Source: an uncultured Aquificales bacterium | GTDB taxonomy: Bacteria > Thermosulfidibacterota > Thermosulfidibacteria > Thermosulfidibacterales > Thermosulfidibacteraceae | DNA: 26,774 nucleotides | Assembly: GCA_964453345.1 (NCBI GenBank) | Contig: CAYVOC010000019.1 | Location: 1 to 26,774 of the forward strand | Direction: 5' to 3' | Shown here: positions 1 through 9,061 of the stretch, piece by piece | How the letters are laid out: each line of letters starts with the position of its first letter | Numbering within the stretch: position 1 is the first letter of the stretch | Notes under the pieces: model-generated | Database searches by the model: none | The model's input: the letters and a program-made list of their open reading frames with translations, nothing else | What the model was told of the DNA's origin: nothing | Translations under genes and position numbers: made by a program

Positions 1-169
1 TGGTGAACTCATAAACCCTGACATTCTCCCCTATAACATCCAGGGCATACACCGCATCCGGCTTCACTTCTTTCAGAGTGAAGCCCCTGATCCTTGTCCA
101 CACCCCCGCACCGGCAATAGAAACAAAAAACAAAAGGATCCCAACAGCAACAATAAACACCTTCCTCAC
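1..169 (-). CDS. Small secreted hypothetical protein (5' part only; continues past the left edge)
   Basis: Not in the ORF track. GGAGGGG SD (173-179) precedes a GTG at 169. Frame is open to the edge: MRKVFIVAVGILLFFVSIAGA|GVWTRIRGFTLKEVKPDAVYALDVIGENVRVYEFT... Classic Sec signal peptide with A-G-A cleavage site. Confidence 0.75.
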   Translation of the reverse strand, partial: MRKVFIVAVGILLFFVSIAGAGVWTRIRGFTLKEVKPDAVYALDVIGENVRVYEFT

Positions 170-254
170 GATCCCCTCCATAAGCGACTTTACAACCTGC
201 TTTTCAAATACCTTTCGGCTTCATCCCTAAGGGCCTGCTTTCTCGGATAGGATA

Positions 255-419
255 CTAACTCTTTGTTCCAACATCCGCCAGGTAAGCGTAACGAGCAAGA
301 ATAGCATCGGCCAGTCCAGAATCTTCCCTGACCACAAGATCCGAAACAATGGATTTCAGCTGTTCAAGGGACAATTTCTCCAGAACATCCAGAACCAGCC
401 GATCCTTTCTCATATGCAT
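255..419 (-). CDS. Small helical hypothetical protein (52-54 aa; possibly frameshifted, true end may be 190)
   Basis: 3' part of track ORF 255..542. ATGs at 419 and 413 lie just after the upstream stop (425-427) with GAGG/GGGG upstream. Amphipathic helical sequence MRKDRLVLDVLEKLSLEQLKSIVSDLVVREDSGLADAILARY. Confidence 0.5.
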   Translation of the reverse strand: MHMRKDRLVLDVLEKLSLEQLKSIVSDLVVREDSGLADAILARYAYLADVGTKS

Positions 420-424
420 CCCCG

Positions 425-901
425 TTACATCCTCAATCTTCTTGTGGCGAAGCGCTTTATTTTTCCTGTAGCAAGATCCACAAGTCTGACAAATACCACA
501 ACGGAATCCTTCTCTTCCCTGTAGGTGCCTATCACCGCCCATCGGGCGTAAAAATCCTTTTTCTTCAGCTCCGAAACATCCCTCGTGAGGGCCAAAAGGC
601 CCCTCTCGTCAAGCTTCAGATTTCTTCTAAGCTCAACGGCGTATATCTCACATCCGCACACCTTAACAAGCGCCCCCTTAAGATACTCCGAAAACAGAAA
701 ACCCAAATCCCCCGGCTGCATGGTGTCCAAGTCCACAAAATCGGGAACAATGACAACGCTATTTTTACAGATCTCCTGGTCAGGACAGATCTCTTCCGCT
801 ATTGACTCAAAAACACGGGAAGGGGAGGAGGGGAAGGGGAAGCTGTAGCGAGAAGAACACGCGGAAAGAAAAAGCATGACAATGAGAAGAAAACGTCTCA
901 T
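425..901 (-). CDS. FlgO-family outer-membrane lipoprotein (second paralog)
   Basis: Lipobox LSA-C. FlgO-type pattern: IVPDFVDLD..GFLFSEYL..L, GLLALTRD, VIGTY, V.VRLVDLATGKI. Confidence 0.7.
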   Translation of the reverse strand: MRRFLLIVMLFLSACSSRYSFPFPSSPSRVFESIAEEICPDQEICKNSVVIVPDFVDLDTMQPGDLGFLFSEYLKGALVKVCGCEIYAVELRRNLKLDERGLLALTRDVSELKKKDFYARWAVIGTYREEKDSVVVFVRLVDLATGKIKRFATRRLRM

Positions 902-927
902 CCCGAAAAAGACCCCTGCACAAAAGA

Positions 928-1503
928 CTACCCATCAACCTTTATAACAGGTAAAAGATCGGGTGCAAATATCCCCTCCATCCCTGCCACGGGTATCACA
1001 GCCTGGGCCGTGGACAGCACCCTGCCCGTGGCGAGATCTATCACCCTGGCATTCACAATCACAGAATCGCCCGCCACGAAATAGGTTCCGGTAACTATCA
1101 ACCTAACCCGTAATTCCTTATACCTGACCTTTTTACTGTCACGGGACAGGACAAACTCGCCCCTTGAATTCATGGATATAGCCTGCATGAGGCGTATATC
1201 GCTAACGTTCCAACCACGCACCTGCAACTCATGCATAAGGGCCTCTGTCATAAGACGGCCAAAGGTGTTGGAGCTGTTAAAATTGTTCACATTAACGAAG
1301 GTGGTTACCACAGCAGGAAGTCCCTTGAAGACCCCGCTGAGATTATTCTCCAGCTGATCGGCGATGAAGATAACTCTTGAATTCAGTATACCGAGCGGGG
1401 TGGAACTGGGAACTATACGCAACCTCTTCTCGCCGGCAAAAGCGCCTGTAAAAACAACCAGCAAAAAAGAGAAGACCAGCAGAAAAGACACCCCTCTTCT
1501 CAT
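928..1503 (-). CDS. FlgO-family envelope protein with cleavable Sec signal peptide
   Basis: SD GGAGGGG before ATG; signal peptide ending AFA. Strong FlgO-type pattern: ADQL, VVTTFVN.NN..SNTFGRLMTEALMHELQ.RG..V, GEFVLSRD, VTGTY, VNARVIDLATGRVLS.AQ..IP. Confidence 0.8.
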   Translation of the reverse strand: MRRGVSFLLVFSFLLVVFTGAFAGEKRLRIVPSSTPLGILNSRVIFIADQLENNLSGVFKGLPAVVTTFVNVNNFNSSNTFGRLMTEALMHELQVRGWNVSDIRLMQAISMNSRGEFVLSRDSKKVRYKELRVRLIVTGTYFVAGDSVIVNARVIDLATGRVLSTAQAVIPVAGMEGIFAPDLLPVIKVDG

Positions 1504-1520
1504 CCTTCCCCTCCGCCTGA

Positions 1521-1778
1521 CTATTTCATAACATTAGTGGTCTCAACCACGCGCTTTTTACAGCAGGGGACATAACAGGTCCTGTAGGTTATGGGAAAAT
1601 CACCCACAGGATCCCTTACAATCTCCGAGCCACAATGAGGACAAAATCGACACTCTCCAACCTCCACCTTGGTCTGGGCTTTACAGCATTTTTCCACAAT
1701 CACTTCCCTCTGATAGGAACAGGCAAGCATTCCCAAAAGCAGAAAAACCAACAAAAAGCTCAAGAAAGCTCCCCTCAT
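1521..1778 (-). CDS. Small cysteine-rich lipoprotein of unknown function
   Basis: Strong SD AGGAGGTG upstream of ATG; lipobox MLA-C20; 8 further Cys in the 66-aa mature part (CC, CxxCxxC, CxxxCC). Confidence 0.75.
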   Translation of the reverse strand: MRGAFLSFLLVFLLLGMLACSYQREVIVEKCCKAQTKVEVGECRFCPHCGSEIVRDPVGDFPITYRTCYVPCCKKRVVETTNVMK

Positions 1779-1815
1779 GCAAACACCTCCTGTAAGAAAT
1801 TGCTCTCATAGCATC

Positions 1816-1842
1816 TCATCGGAAAGATGCAGGCAAACTTAA
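1816..1842 (-). promoter_or_regulatory. Sigma-28 (FliA/SigD)-type promoter
   Basis: Minus strand TTAAGTTT-N11-TCCGATGA versus consensus TAAAGTTT-N11-GCCGATAA. Exact spacing; lies between the nuo terminator and the SD of the 1778 gene. Confidence 0.7.
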
Positions 1843-1865
1843 AGGAGGGAAAAGGGAGGGAAAGT

Positions 1866-1892
1866 AAAAAGGCCCTTCCCAAGGGAAGGGCC
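1866..1892 (-). terminator. Rho-independent terminator of the nuo operon
   Basis: Minus strand GGCCCTTCC-CTTG-GGAAGGGCC followed by TTTTT, 16 nt after the nuoN stop. Confidence 0.9.
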
Positions 1893-1908
1893 CTTATTCA
1901 CATAAGAC

Positions 1909-3330
1909 CTACGGCAGGGAAGATGCTATAATTTTGTAAAGGGCGTCAGGGGCCACGCCGTTTTGGATCACCAGCACCACCAGCAACAGCACAGCTATGC
2001 CGGTGGCAACCCCCATCTCCATCTTAGGAAGCCTGCCCGGATCCCTCATGAACATATAGTAGACAACCTTCAGGTAATAATAGGCCGCTATGGCAGAGTT
2101 TATAAGCGCAAGTAGCACAAGCCAGTAAAGCCCGGCCTTGAGACCTGCTGCAAACACATAGAACTTGCCCATAAAACCAACTGTTCCCGGTATACCGGCC
2201 AAGGAGAAAAGGAAGACGGACAACGCCGCCGCAAGCACGGGATGCTCAACCGCAGCCCCCTGCAGAGCCTCAAGGGATGAAGCCTCTTCCCCCTCACCTG
2301 CCATAACACTTATAACGGCAAAGGCCCCGAGGTTCATCAAACAGTAGGCAACGGCATAGTATATAACAGCTGTTGCCCCAAGCTTTGAAGCAGCAGCAAC
2401 GGCCACCATGGCGTATCCGGCATGGGCTATGGAAGAGTAGGCGAGAAGCCTTTTAACATCCATCTGCCTTATAGCAGCAAAGTTGCCCACTATCATGGAC
2501 ACCACAGATACAAACATAACCACATTTACCCAGAGCTGTTTTGTGGCACCGAAGGTCTCAAAGAAATAGCGAATAACGAAGAAGAAGATGGCAGCCTTGG
2601 CAGCAGTCATCATAAAACCAGTGACAGGTGCAGGAGATCCCTGATAGACATCAGGGGCCCAGATGTGGAAGGGAGCAGCGGAAAGCTTAAAGAATATGGA
2701 AACGGCAAAGAGTATCACCCCTATCGTAAAGAGAAGATCGGGCTTTACCGACACCATCCTGACAAGATCAAGGCTGCCCGCAGAAGCGTAAATCAGAGCC
2801 ATACCCACAACAGAAAAACCGGAGGAGAAGGCTCCAATCAAGAAATACTTCAAAGCAGCCTCAACGCAAAGATCCCTATCCCTAACAAATCCGGCAAGGG
2901 CGTATAAACATATAGACATAAGCTCAAGGCTGAGGAAGAAGATCAAAAGATGGGATGAGGAGGCCATGAACATCATGGCAAGGGCTGCAAACATAACGAG
3001 CCCGTAAAATTCGCCGTAGTTGCGCTTTTCCCTTATAAGATAATCCCTGGCGTATAGACAGGTTACAAGGGCACAGAAGATAAAAACATAATTTGCAAAA
3101 AAGGCCAGTTTATCCCTGAGAACCATGTAGTAAAAAACCCTTCCATGATCCCCAAACAGCTTGAAATTGAAGTAAGCCGCTACGAGAAGGCCTATAACAC
3201 TAAGTATATTTAGATAACTCTCCCTGCCTCTGCCCCATGCATCAACTATGAGAACCACCACAGCAGTGGCAAAGACCGCTATCTCAGGCAATATCAGCAT
3301 CAAATCCTTTGTGGAGACCACAGCTTCCAT
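1909..3330 (-). CDS. nuoN: NADH-quinone oxidoreductase subunit N
   Basis: Antiporter-like membrane protein: [60 protein letters not shown]; last gene of the operon. Confidence 0.97.
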   Translation of the reverse strand: MEAVVSTKDLMLILPEIAVFATAVVVLIVDAWGRGRESYLNILSVIGLLVAAYFNFKLFGDHGRVFYYMVLRDKLAFFANYVFIFCALVTCLYARDYLIREKRNYGEFYGLVMFAALAMMFMASSSHLLIFFLSLELMSICLYALAGFVRDRDLCVEAALKYFLIGAFSSGFSVVGMALIYASAGSLDLVRMVSVKPDLLFTIGVILFAVSIFFKLSAAPFHIWAPDVYQGSPAPVTGFMMTAAKAAIFFFVIRYFFETFGATKQLWVNVVMFVSVVSMIVGNFAAIRQMDVKRLLAYSSIAHAGYAMVAVAAASKLGATAVIYYAVAYCLMNLGAFAVISVMAGEGEEASSLEALQGAAVEHPVLAAALSVFLFSLAGIPGTVGFMGKFYVFAAGLKAGLYWLVLLALINSAIAAYYYLKVVYYMFMRDPGRLPKMEMGVATGIAVLLLVVLVIQNGVAPDALYKIIASSLP

Positions 3331-3342
3331 GATGCCTCCCCT

Positions 3343-4905
3343 TTAGTTCTTCTCAATCTTCTTTGTGATAAGTGCAGCAAGCCTGTTATCAGAATGCTCA
3401 TAGAGGGTATAAACTGTCGCTTCACCCTTCGAGAGCTTTATAAAGGCCTCAACAGAAGGCTGCATCCTCTCTAAGAAAGGCTTGGGATAAAGCCCTATCC
3501 AGAACATGGGAATGGTTATGGCAAGCATTATGAATATCTCCCTGAAGTTGAGGTCCTTCAGGTTCATGTTCTTGGGATTTGTAAGGGCCTGGAAGAAGAC
3601 CCTCTTATACATCCAGAGCAGATACGCCGCAGAGAAAACGACCGCGGTAGTTCCAAGAACAGCAAAGAGAGGATAATTCTGGAAGGTTCCAATAAGGGTT
3701 AGAAATTCACCCACAAATCCGTTGAGTCCGGGAAGACCGCAGGAAGAAAACATGGCGATCATAAAGAAGGTGGCGTATATGGGCATAACCTTGGCTATGC
3801 CACCGTATTCCTTGATCAACCTTGTGTGGCGTCTGTCGTATATCATACCCACGAGCAAAAAGAGGGCACCCGTGGATATACCGTGGTTGATCATCTGAAG
3901 CAGACTACCGGAAACGCTCTGAAGATTCAAAGCAAAAAGCCCCAGCATACAGGTTCCAAGGTGGCTGACGGAAGAGTAAGCCACCAGCTTCTTTATATCC
4001 TCCTGCACAAGGGCCACCAGGGCACCGTAGATTATACCGATAACCGCAAGGGCAAGGAAAAGCACGGTGAACTTCTGAACCGCCTGGGGGAAGAAGGGCA
4101 TACAGAACCTCATGAAGCCGTAGGTTCCCATCTTCAGAAGGACACCCGCAAGGATCACAGAGCCCGCAGTGGGCGCCTCAACGTGGGCATCGGGAAGCCA
4201 CGTGTGGAAGGGCCACATGGGCACCTTTATGGCAAAGGCCACGGCAAAGGCCAGAAAGAGCCAGGGCACTATCTGCTGGGGCACAGGGGTTTTGAGAAGC
4301 TCAAAGAGATCAAAGGAAAGACTACCCGTCACATTGTAGTGGTTCCAGTAGAGGTAGATGATGGCACCAAGCATAAGAACAGAGCCTGCCATGGTATAGA
4401 GGAAGAACTTTATGGCCGCATAGACCCTTCTTGGACCTCCCCAAACGCCTATGAGGAGGAACATGGGAATAAGCATGACCTCCCAGAACAGGTAAAACAA
4501 AAGCAGATCAAGGGCCACAAAAACACCTATCATGGTGGTCTCAAGGAAGAGGAAGGAGATCATATACTCCTTCACCCTCTTTTCTATGGACCAGGAGGCA
4601 AGGATGCTCAGAACGGTAAGGAAAGTGGTAAGCAACACCAAGAAAAGGGATATACCATCTATGCCCACATGGTAGGATGCACCCCAGGCCTTTATCCAGG
4701 TGTGCTTTTCAACAAACTGAAACTGATGTGTCCCCAGTTTAAACCCAAAGTAGAGGGGAACAGAGATCAAAAACTCTATTACCGAAATAACAAAGGCTGT
4801 CCAGCGGATAACATTGACATTTTTCCTGTCTATAAAGGCAATGATCAGCACGCCAACCAGAGGGAAGAAGGTCAAAACCGTAAGTATCGGAAACCCCTTC
4901 ATCAT
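3343..4905 (-). CDS. nuoM: NADH-quinone oxidoreductase subunit M
   Basis: [60 protein letters not shown]. Confidence 0.97.
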   Translation of the reverse strand: MMKGFPILTVLTFFPLVGVLIIAFIDRKNVNVIRWTAFVISVIEFLISVPLYFGFKLGTHQFQFVEKHTWIKAWGASYHVGIDGISLFLVLLTTFLTVLSILASWSIEKRVKEYMISFLFLETTMIGVFVALDLLLFYLFWEVMLIPMFLLIGVWGGPRRVYAAIKFFLYTMAGSVLMLGAIIYLYWNHYNVTGSLSFDLFELLKTPVPQQIVPWLFLAFAVAFAIKVPMWPFHTWLPDAHVEAPTAGSVILAGVLLKMGTYGFMRFCMPFFPQAVQKFTVLFLALAVIGIIYGALVALVQEDIKKLVAYSSVSHLGTCMLGLFALNLQSVSGSLLQMINHGISTGALFLLVGMIYDRRHTRLIKEYGGIAKVMPIYATFFMIAMFSSCGLPGLNGFVGEFLTLIGTFQNYPLFAVLGTTAVVFSAAYLLWMYKRVFFQALTNPKNMNLKDLNFREIFIMLAITIPMFWIGLYPKPFLERMQPSVEAFIKLSKGEATVYTLYEHSDNRLAALITKKIEKN

Positions 4906-4918
4906 ATCCTAACCCCTC

Positions 4919-6805
4919 TCAGAATAGTATTTTCAATCCGCAAACCAGTATCACTCCCAGAAGCACCGCCCAGGCGTAATCGGGAATATAACCCGTCTGA
5001 AGCTTCCTGAAACCGGCGCCCACAAGGGAGCAGAGCTTAGCAACACCATTAACAATTCCATCTATGATCAGAACATCCACTATCTTCCAAAGTATGTGTT
5101 TAGATATCCCCACAGTAGGGTTGATAAACAGGGCAAAGTAAAGCTCATCCACCCAGTAGCGGTTGTAGAGAACGATGTATATGGGCCTGAAACGCTGAGC
5201 CATGGCAACCGGATCGGGGGTGCGCTTGATATACATCATATAGGCAAGCCCAATACCCAAAAGGCCAACGAGAACAGAGATTACAATCAAAGCTCCGCCA
5301 CCCTCATGCTCAGCATGGGCATGATGAGCAACATGATGTCCAGCCTCCATGATCCTGTTGACAAATCCCTCAAAACCACCACCCGGGGCAAGAGCAAGAA
5401 GTCCCACAAGGGCAGAGCCTATGGCCAGAACTATCAGGGGAATGGTCATAACCGGCGGATTCTCGTGGGCGTGCTCGTAAAGGTGCTTATCCCTCGGCTC
5501 GCCGAAGAAGGTGAGGAAGATAAGCCTGAACATGTAAAAGGCCGTCATGCCGGCCGTTATGGTCCCAACAAGCCAAACGACCTTGTGTCCAGAAACAAAG
5601 GCATGATGCAAAATTGAGTCCTTGGACCAGAAACCTGCCAAGGGCGGAACACCTGCTATTGCGAGGGCACCAACTATAAAGGTGATGCCGGTTATCTTCA
5701 TCTTCTTTATGAGCCCGCCCATCTTCTGCATATCAAGCTCACCGTGAAGGGCATGCATAACAGAACCTGCACAGAGGAACATCAGTCCCTTGAAGAAGGC
5801 ATGGGTGAAAAGATGAAAGATACCAGCAGCGTAGGCCCCGACACCGACACCCACAAACATGTATCCGAGCTGGCTTATGGTTGAAAAAGCCAGAACCCTC
5901 TTCAAGTCGTTATTAACCAAAGCCATAGAGGCGGCGAACATGGCCGTGGTCACACCTATAACAGCCACAACCTCCATGGTGAAGGGGGCAAGGTTAAACA
6001 GAGCGTGGGATCTGGCGATCATGTAAACGCCGGCGGTAACCATGGTTGCAGCATGAATCAGGGACGAAACCGGAGTGGGACCCTCCATGGCGTCGGGCAA
6101 CCAGACATACAGAGGAATCTGTGCCGACTTTCCTGTGGCGCCCATGAAGAGAAGCAGGGTTATGAGGGTCGCCAGGGGAACGGAAAGCTCATGGGCATGG
6201 GCAAAGACATCGTGAAAGACCAAAGAACCAAGATGCTTGTATATGAGGTAAAGCGCAATCGTAAATCCAAAATCACCCACCCTATTGGTGATAAAGGCCT
6301 TCATACCAGCATTGGCTGCCGAAACCTTCTCATACCAGTAACCTATAAGCAAATAGGAACAAAGACCCACTCCCTCCCAGCCGACAAACATGAGAAGGTA
6401 GTTATTGGCCAAAACCAGAACCAGCATAAAGAAGACGAAGAGATTCAAATAGGTGAAGTATCTGGCATAGGATATGTCCGGTTCGTGATCCATATAGCCT
6501 ATGGAGTATATGTGTATCCAGGTGGCGATGAAGGTGACGGTGGTTATCATCACCACGGAAAGCTCATCAAGAAGGAAGCCCACAGGGATCTTCAAGTTCC
6601 CAACCGCTATCCACCAGTAGAGGACCTTGTCAAAGTGCTCTCCCCTGGCCACCTTGGTCAAAAGTATAAGGGAAAGAACCGCAGGTATGGCTATGGCCGG
6701 AACGGCTATATAGTGAGCCTTTCTTCTGGTCTTCCAGCAGAATATCCCGTTTATAGCTGCACCCAACAGAGGTATGAAGACAACCCCAAGTATCAGCTTC
6801 TGCAT
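4919..6805 (-). CDS. nuoL: NADH-quinone oxidoreductase subunit L
   Basis: IHIYSIGYM, GWEGVGLCSYLLIG, NRVGD, KSAQIPLYVWLPDAMEGPTPVS, THAFFK; C-terminal lateral helix region (DG..N, QTGYI). Confidence 0.97.
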   Translation of the reverse strand: MQKLILGVVFIPLLGAAINGIFCWKTRRKAHYIAVPAIAIPAVLSLILLTKVARGEHFDKVLYWWIAVGNLKIPVGFLLDELSVVMITTVTFIATWIHIYSIGYMDHEPDISYARYFTYLNLFVFFMLVLVLANNYLLMFVGWEGVGLCSYLLIGYWYEKVSAANAGMKAFITNRVGDFGFTIALYLIYKHLGSLVFHDVFAHAHELSVPLATLITLLLFMGATGKSAQIPLYVWLPDAMEGPTPVSSLIHAATMVTAGVYMIARSHALFNLAPFTMEVVAVIGVTTAMFAASMALVNNDLKRVLAFSTISQLGYMFVGVGVGAYAAGIFHLFTHAFFKGLMFLCAGSVMHALHGELDMQKMGGLIKKMKITGITFIVGALAIAGVPPLAGFWSKDSILHHAFVSGHKVVWLVGTITAGMTAFYMFRLIFLTFFGEPRDKHLYEHAHENPPVMTIPLIVLAIGSALVGLLALAPGGGFEGFVNRIMEAGHHVAHHAHAEHEGGGALIVISVLVGLLGIGLAYMMYIKRTPDPVAMAQRFRPIYIVLYNRYWVDELYFALFINPTVGISKHILWKIVDVLIIDGIVNGVAKLCSLVGAGFRKLQTGYIPDYAWAVLLGVILVCGLKILF

Positions 6806-6815
6806 CCCTCTCCTC

Positions 6816-7115
6816 CTACCACCTCATAAGCTCGGCTTTATCCACCTCAACGCCGCCTCGGCGCCTGTAGAAAGCAGTGATGATGGCCATCCCTATGGCC
6901 GCTTCAGCAGCAGCTATGGCCATTATGAAAAGCACCACAACCTGCGCTTCTACAATCCCCTTAAACTTGGAAATTCCCATAAGAATCACGTTAGCCCCAT
7001 TGAGCATAAGCTCTATGCACAGAAACATAACAATGGCATTCTTCCTGACGAGAACCCCCAGCGCTCCTATGGCGAAGAGCAGAAGTCCTATGGTGTAAGC
7101 CAATGCCATTCCCAT
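6816..7115 (-). CDS. nuoK: NADH-quinone oxidoreductase subunit K
   Basis: 99 aa, 3 TM segments, IELMLN and AAAEAAIG motifs. Confidence 0.96.
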   Translation of the reverse strand: MGMALAYTIGLLLFAIGALGVLVRKNAIVMFLCIELMLNGANVILMGISKFKGIVEAQVVVLFIMAIAAAEAAIGMAIITAFYRRRGGVEVDKAELMRW

Positions 7116-7124
7116 AACACACCC

Positions 7125-7625
7125 CTACATCCTTTTCTTGGCTAAGGCCACGGCGCCCACAGCCGCTGCAAAAATCAGGACAGAGACGAGCTCAAAGGGA
7201 AGCACATACTTTGAAAAGAGAACATCCGCTATATCCTTAGCATGAATATAGCGGGCAATGGGTGCAATCTCCCCAGAAAAGCCCCTCAAAGTCAGCATCT
7301 GTATCACAAAAATCAGCACCACAGCCAAAGAGAAGAGCAATCTGGGTGTGAAAAACCTCTCTGTGCTCTCACCCTTGCCAAGGTTCACAAGCATAATCAC
7401 AAAGAGAACAAAGACCAAAACCGCACCCATATAGACTATAACCTGCACTATGGCAACAAAGGGAGCAGACATCACAGCAAGATACATAACTGCCGTGATA
7501 CACAGATTGGCAAGAAAAGCTATAGCTGCGTGCACCGGATTCTTAAGAAAGACCAAAGCCAAACCGGTTAGCACCATCAACAATCCCAGGATCGCCATTA
7601 TCCCAAGTTCCACCAGACCACTCAT
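7125..7625 (-). CDS. nuoJ: NADH-quinone oxidoreductase subunit J
   Basis: KNPVH, QVIVYMGAV..FVIML, Y.LPFELVSVL; operon position. Confidence 0.95.
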   Translation of the reverse strand: MSGLVELGIMAILGLLMVLTGLALVFLKNPVHAAIAFLANLCITAVMYLAVMSAPFVAIVQVIVYMGAVLVFVLFVIMLVNLGKGESTERFFTPRLLFSLAVVLIFVIQMLTLRGFSGEIAPIARYIHAKDIADVLFSKYVLPFELVSVLIFAAAVGAVALAKKRM

Positions 7626-7628
7626 GGC

Positions 7629-8042
7629 CTACCTCTTCTCCAGCAAAGTCTCTTTAGTCTGCAAAAGCTTCTCCCTTTCGGGCTCCGCAAGCTCATAATC
7701 CGTGGTCAGCTCTATAGCCCCTCTGGGGCAAGCCTCTTCACAGTATCCACAGAAGATGCAGCGTCTATAATCGATTTCGTATATCGCCGCTATCTTGCCC
7801 ACATCGGACTTATCGGGCGGCGCCTCCTCACCGTATATGCGGATAGCATTGGCAGGGCAGACCGCTTCACACAAACCACAGTAGCAGCACTTCTCTCTGC
7901 CTTCCTCGTCCACCCTCAGAACATGCCTCCCCCTCCAGCGAGGGGATACCTCAAGCTTCTCGTAGGGATACTTTACCGTGAAGGCCGGCTTGAACAGATG
8001 AGTAAAGGTTATCTTCAGTCCCTTTAAAAGGGGTCCAACCAT
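7629..8042 (-). CDS. nuoI: NADH-quinone oxidoreductase subunit I (2x[4Fe-4S])
   Basis: T.KYPYEK..SPRWRGRH; two CxxCxxCxxxCP motifs (CCYCGLCEAVCP, CIFCGYCEEACP). Confidence 0.96.
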   Translation of the reverse strand: MVGPLLKGLKITFTHLFKPAFTVKYPYEKLEVSPRWRGRHVLRVDEEGREKCCYCGLCEAVCPANAIRIYGEEAPPDKSDVGKIAAIYEIDYRRCIFCGYCEEACPRGAIELTTDYELAEPEREKLLQTKETLLEKR

Positions 8043-8043
8043 A

Positions 8044-9051
8044 TCACATTCCTCCCGCCTTCATTATCACAACAAGCCCGGTTCCGAGTATGTTGAACAG
8101 GGTAATGGGTATAAGATACTTCCAGCACATGCCCATGAGCTGGTCATACCTGAGCCTGGGATAGGTCCACCTTATCCAGAGCATGAAGAAGAACAGGGCA
8201 AAGGTCTTAAGCAAAAACCAAATAGGACCCGGTATAAAAGAGAGCACATGCCAGGGAGCATACCATCCACCGAGGAACAGGGCGCTTGCAATGGCGGATG
8301 AGGCCACCATGTTGGCGTATTCACCCAGGAAGAAGAGGGCAAACTTCATGCTGCTGTATTCTGTATGGTATCCGCCCACAAGCTCGGACTCCGCCTCGGG
8401 CAGGTCAAAGGGTGCCCTGTTAAGCTCGGCAATGGCGGCTATCATGTATGCTATAAAGGCTACAGGCTGCTTAACCACAAGCCACATATCCTTCTGGTAT
8501 CTAACAATATCGAGCAGATTGAAGGACCCCACCAGCATAACCACACCGATTATGGAAAGCCCAAGAACCAGCTCATAGCTGATAAACTGGGCTGCGGACC
8601 TCAAACCTCCCAGAAGGGGATACTTGGAATTACCGGCCCAACCGCCCAGCATTATGGCGTAAACCGAAAGGGAGGTGACCCCGAGGAAGTAGAGCACCGC
8701 TATGTTTATGTCCGCTATGGGAAGAGGAATGGTTCTGCCGAAAAGCGTGATGCTGTCGCCCACAGGGATCACAGCCAGAACCAAAAGGGGCGGCACAACC
8801 GCCAGAGCAGGCGCTAAAAAGTAGGTGAACTTATCCGCCTCGGTAGCAATTATATCCTCCTTGAAGAACAGCTTCACACCATCGGCAAAGGGCTGGAGCA
8901 CTCCATGGGGACCGCAGTGGTAGGGACCGAGCCTGTCCTGTATGTGTCCCGCAACCTTTCTTTCCGCAAGGGTCCCATAGGCCACAAACACCATCAATAT
9001 GGCAAAGTATATAAGCAGCTTAACGACGGTTACGGCTATCAACATACCCAT
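8044..9051 (-). CDS. nuoH: NADH-quinone oxidoreductase subunit H
   Basis: ERKV..IQDRLGP, QPFADGVKL..KE, GGLRSAAQ.ISYE, NRAPFDLPEAESELV.GY.TEYS, PRLRYDQLM. Confidence 0.97.
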   Translation of the reverse strand: MGMLIAVTVVKLLIYFAILMVFVAYGTLAERKVAGHIQDRLGPYHCGPHGVLQPFADGVKLFFKEDIIATEADKFTYFLAPALAVVPPLLVLAVIPVGDSITLFGRTIPLPIADINIAVLYFLGVTSLSVYAIMLGGWAGNSKYPLLGGLRSAAQFISYELVLGLSIIGVVMLVGSFNLLDIVRYQKDMWLVVKQPVAFIAYMIAAIAELNRAPFDLPEAESELVGGYHTEYSSMKFALFFLGEYANMVASSAIASALFLGGWYAPWHVLSFIPGPIWFLLKTFALFFFMLWIRWTYPRLRYDQLMGMCWKYLIPITLFNILGTGLVVIMKAGGM

Positions 9052-9061
9052 CTTGCGCCCC

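Noticed and set aside
420..542. Cys-containing N-terminal extension of track ORF 255..542 (CGICQTCGSC)
   Set aside because: Lies in an alternative frame of the conserved FlgO-like C-terminus; the ferredoxin-like look is most likely coincidental and a better start exists at 419/413.
1843..1865. Purine-rich GGAGGGAAA tandem as an antiterminator or SD
   Set aside because: Lies downstream of the terminator U-tract on the transcribed strand, so it cannot compete co-transcriptionally; I found no credible plus-strand gene behind it.
3826..6829. Long plus-strand ORFs (394, 173 and 274 aa) opposite nuoM and nuoL
   Set aside because: Antisense shadows of hydrophobic membrane-protein codons; no recognisable motifs.
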